The notes under the pieces are model-generated. The model did no database searches. It had not been told where the DNA came from and saw only the letters and a list, made by a program, of their open reading frames with translations. A program made the translations under genes and the position numbers. A stretch of 18,954 nt of DNA from Candidatus Ratteibacteria bacterium. Lineage in GTDB: Bacteria; Ratteibacteria; UBA8468; B48-G9; JAFGKM01. Below are positions 17,291 to 18,954 of this stretch, piece by piece; position 1 is the first letter of the stretch; every line of letters begins with the position of its first letter. Location: positions 1 through 18,954 of the forward strand of contig JBKBIN010000027.1 of the NCBI GenBank assembly GCA_046296715.1, given 5' to 3'.

Positions 17291-17319
17291 ATTTTACATA
17301 TTGTTTTACAATTTGTCAA
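17291..17319 (-). promoter_or_regulatory. Promoter for the DeoR-domain/microprotein/glmS operon, predicted leaderless
   Basis: Minus strand TTGACA (17319-17314) - 17 bp - TAAAAT (17296-17291) - 7 nt - ATG (17283). Confidence 0.72.
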
Positions 17320-17386
17320 GTAATTTGTCAAACATGTTGTAAATTTATTTCGTTTTTATCTTTGCAAAAAATAGTAAAAGAAAAAT

Positions 17387-17415
17387 TTTACTTTATTTCA
17401 AAAAAATGTTATAAT
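17387..17415 (+). promoter_or_regulatory. gap promoter
   Basis: TTTACT (17387-17392) - 17 bp - extended -10 TG-t-TATAAT (17407-17415); SD AGGAGG before ATG 17442. Confidence 0.7.
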
Positions 17416-17417
17416 AA

Positions 17418-18452
<1,035 letters not shown>

Positions 18453-18460
18453 ATTAAAAT

Positions 18461-18954
18461 TTGGCAAAGAATTTACTTGTTGCAGGTTTGCCTGGAACTG
18501 GAAAAACAACTTTGATCAAAGAAGTTTTAAGTAATTTTAATATAGAAAAAATTGGTTTTTTTACAGAAGAAATTAGAGAGAAAAAAGAAAGAGTTGGTTT
18601 TAGAATAGTTACTTTAAGCGGAAAAAAAGAAATTCTTGCCCATAAAAATTATATTACTCCTTATAAAGTTTCAAAATATTATGTTTCTATTGAAAATTTA
18701 GAAAAAATTGCTGTCAAAGAGATAGAAAAAGGGATTTCTAAGAAAAATTGTTTAATCGTAATTGATGAGATTGGAAAGATGGAATTACTTTCAGAAAAAT
18801 TTAAAAAAGTAGTAATTTCTGCTTTTGAAAGTCCAAATAGAGTCCTTGCAACGATTATGTATAAACCTCATCCTTTTTGTGATAACTTAAAAGAGAGAAA
18901 GGATACAAATATTTTTATTCTTGAAAAAACAAATTTTACTTTAATTAAAGAAAG
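18461..18954 (+). CDS. P-loop NTPase (NTPase_1 / THEP1-like), 3' end outside window
   Basis: Not in ORF track. From TTG 18461: MAKNLLVAGLPGTGKTTLI (Walker A), GFFTEEIREKKERVGF, IVIDEIGKMEL (Walker B). Confidence 0.9.
   Translation, partial: MAKNLLVAGLPGTGKTTLIKEVLSNFNIEKIGFFTEEIREKKERVGFRIVTLSGKKEILAHKNYITPYKVSKYYVSIENLEKIAVKEIEKGISKKNCLIVIDEIGKMELLSEKFKKVVISAFESPNRVLATIMYKPHPFCDNLKERKDTNIFILEKTNFTLIKE

Noticed and set aside
17284..17331. 16-aa N-terminal extension (MTNYLTNCKTICKIFC) of the DeoR-domain protein in the ORF track
   Set aside because: It is promoter sequence; the TTG start belongs to a TTGACA repeat and there is no HTH similarity.

Overview
AT-rich bacterial chromosomal window, mostly housekeeping and metabolic genes; LptF/LptG imply a diderm and the 2-oxoacid:ferredoxin oxidoreductase and iron-sulfur flavoprotein suggest an anaerobe, but the taxon cannot be fixed from the sequence. 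In order: Gfo/Idh/MocA oxidoreductase (truncated by the window), decayed sugar-phosphate isomerase pseudogene, a ~1.24 kb IS110-family (IS1111-type) element, SDR epimerase, iron-sulfur flavoprotein, DUF1318-like lipoprotein, 2-oxoacid:ferredoxin oxidoreductase alpha/beta, DUF1614 protein, radC, a minus-strand lptF-lptG-glyS-glyA-dCMP deaminase operon, comF, a minus-strand operon of a DeoR sensor domain, a 43-aa zinc-finger microprotein and glmS, then gap and an NTPase. Main highlight: the IS element can be delimited almost to the base (11-bp subterminal IRs, AT(A) core), and its 3' region holds a structured bridge/seek-RNA candidate with three 8-10 nt segments matching the left target, right target and donor end, all in the same sense. 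Second highlight: an HTH-less DeoR sensor domain on an apparently leaderless transcript, followed by an unannotated CxxC-x20-CxxC microprotein coupled to glmS. All family calls are from motif recognition; no database search was run.
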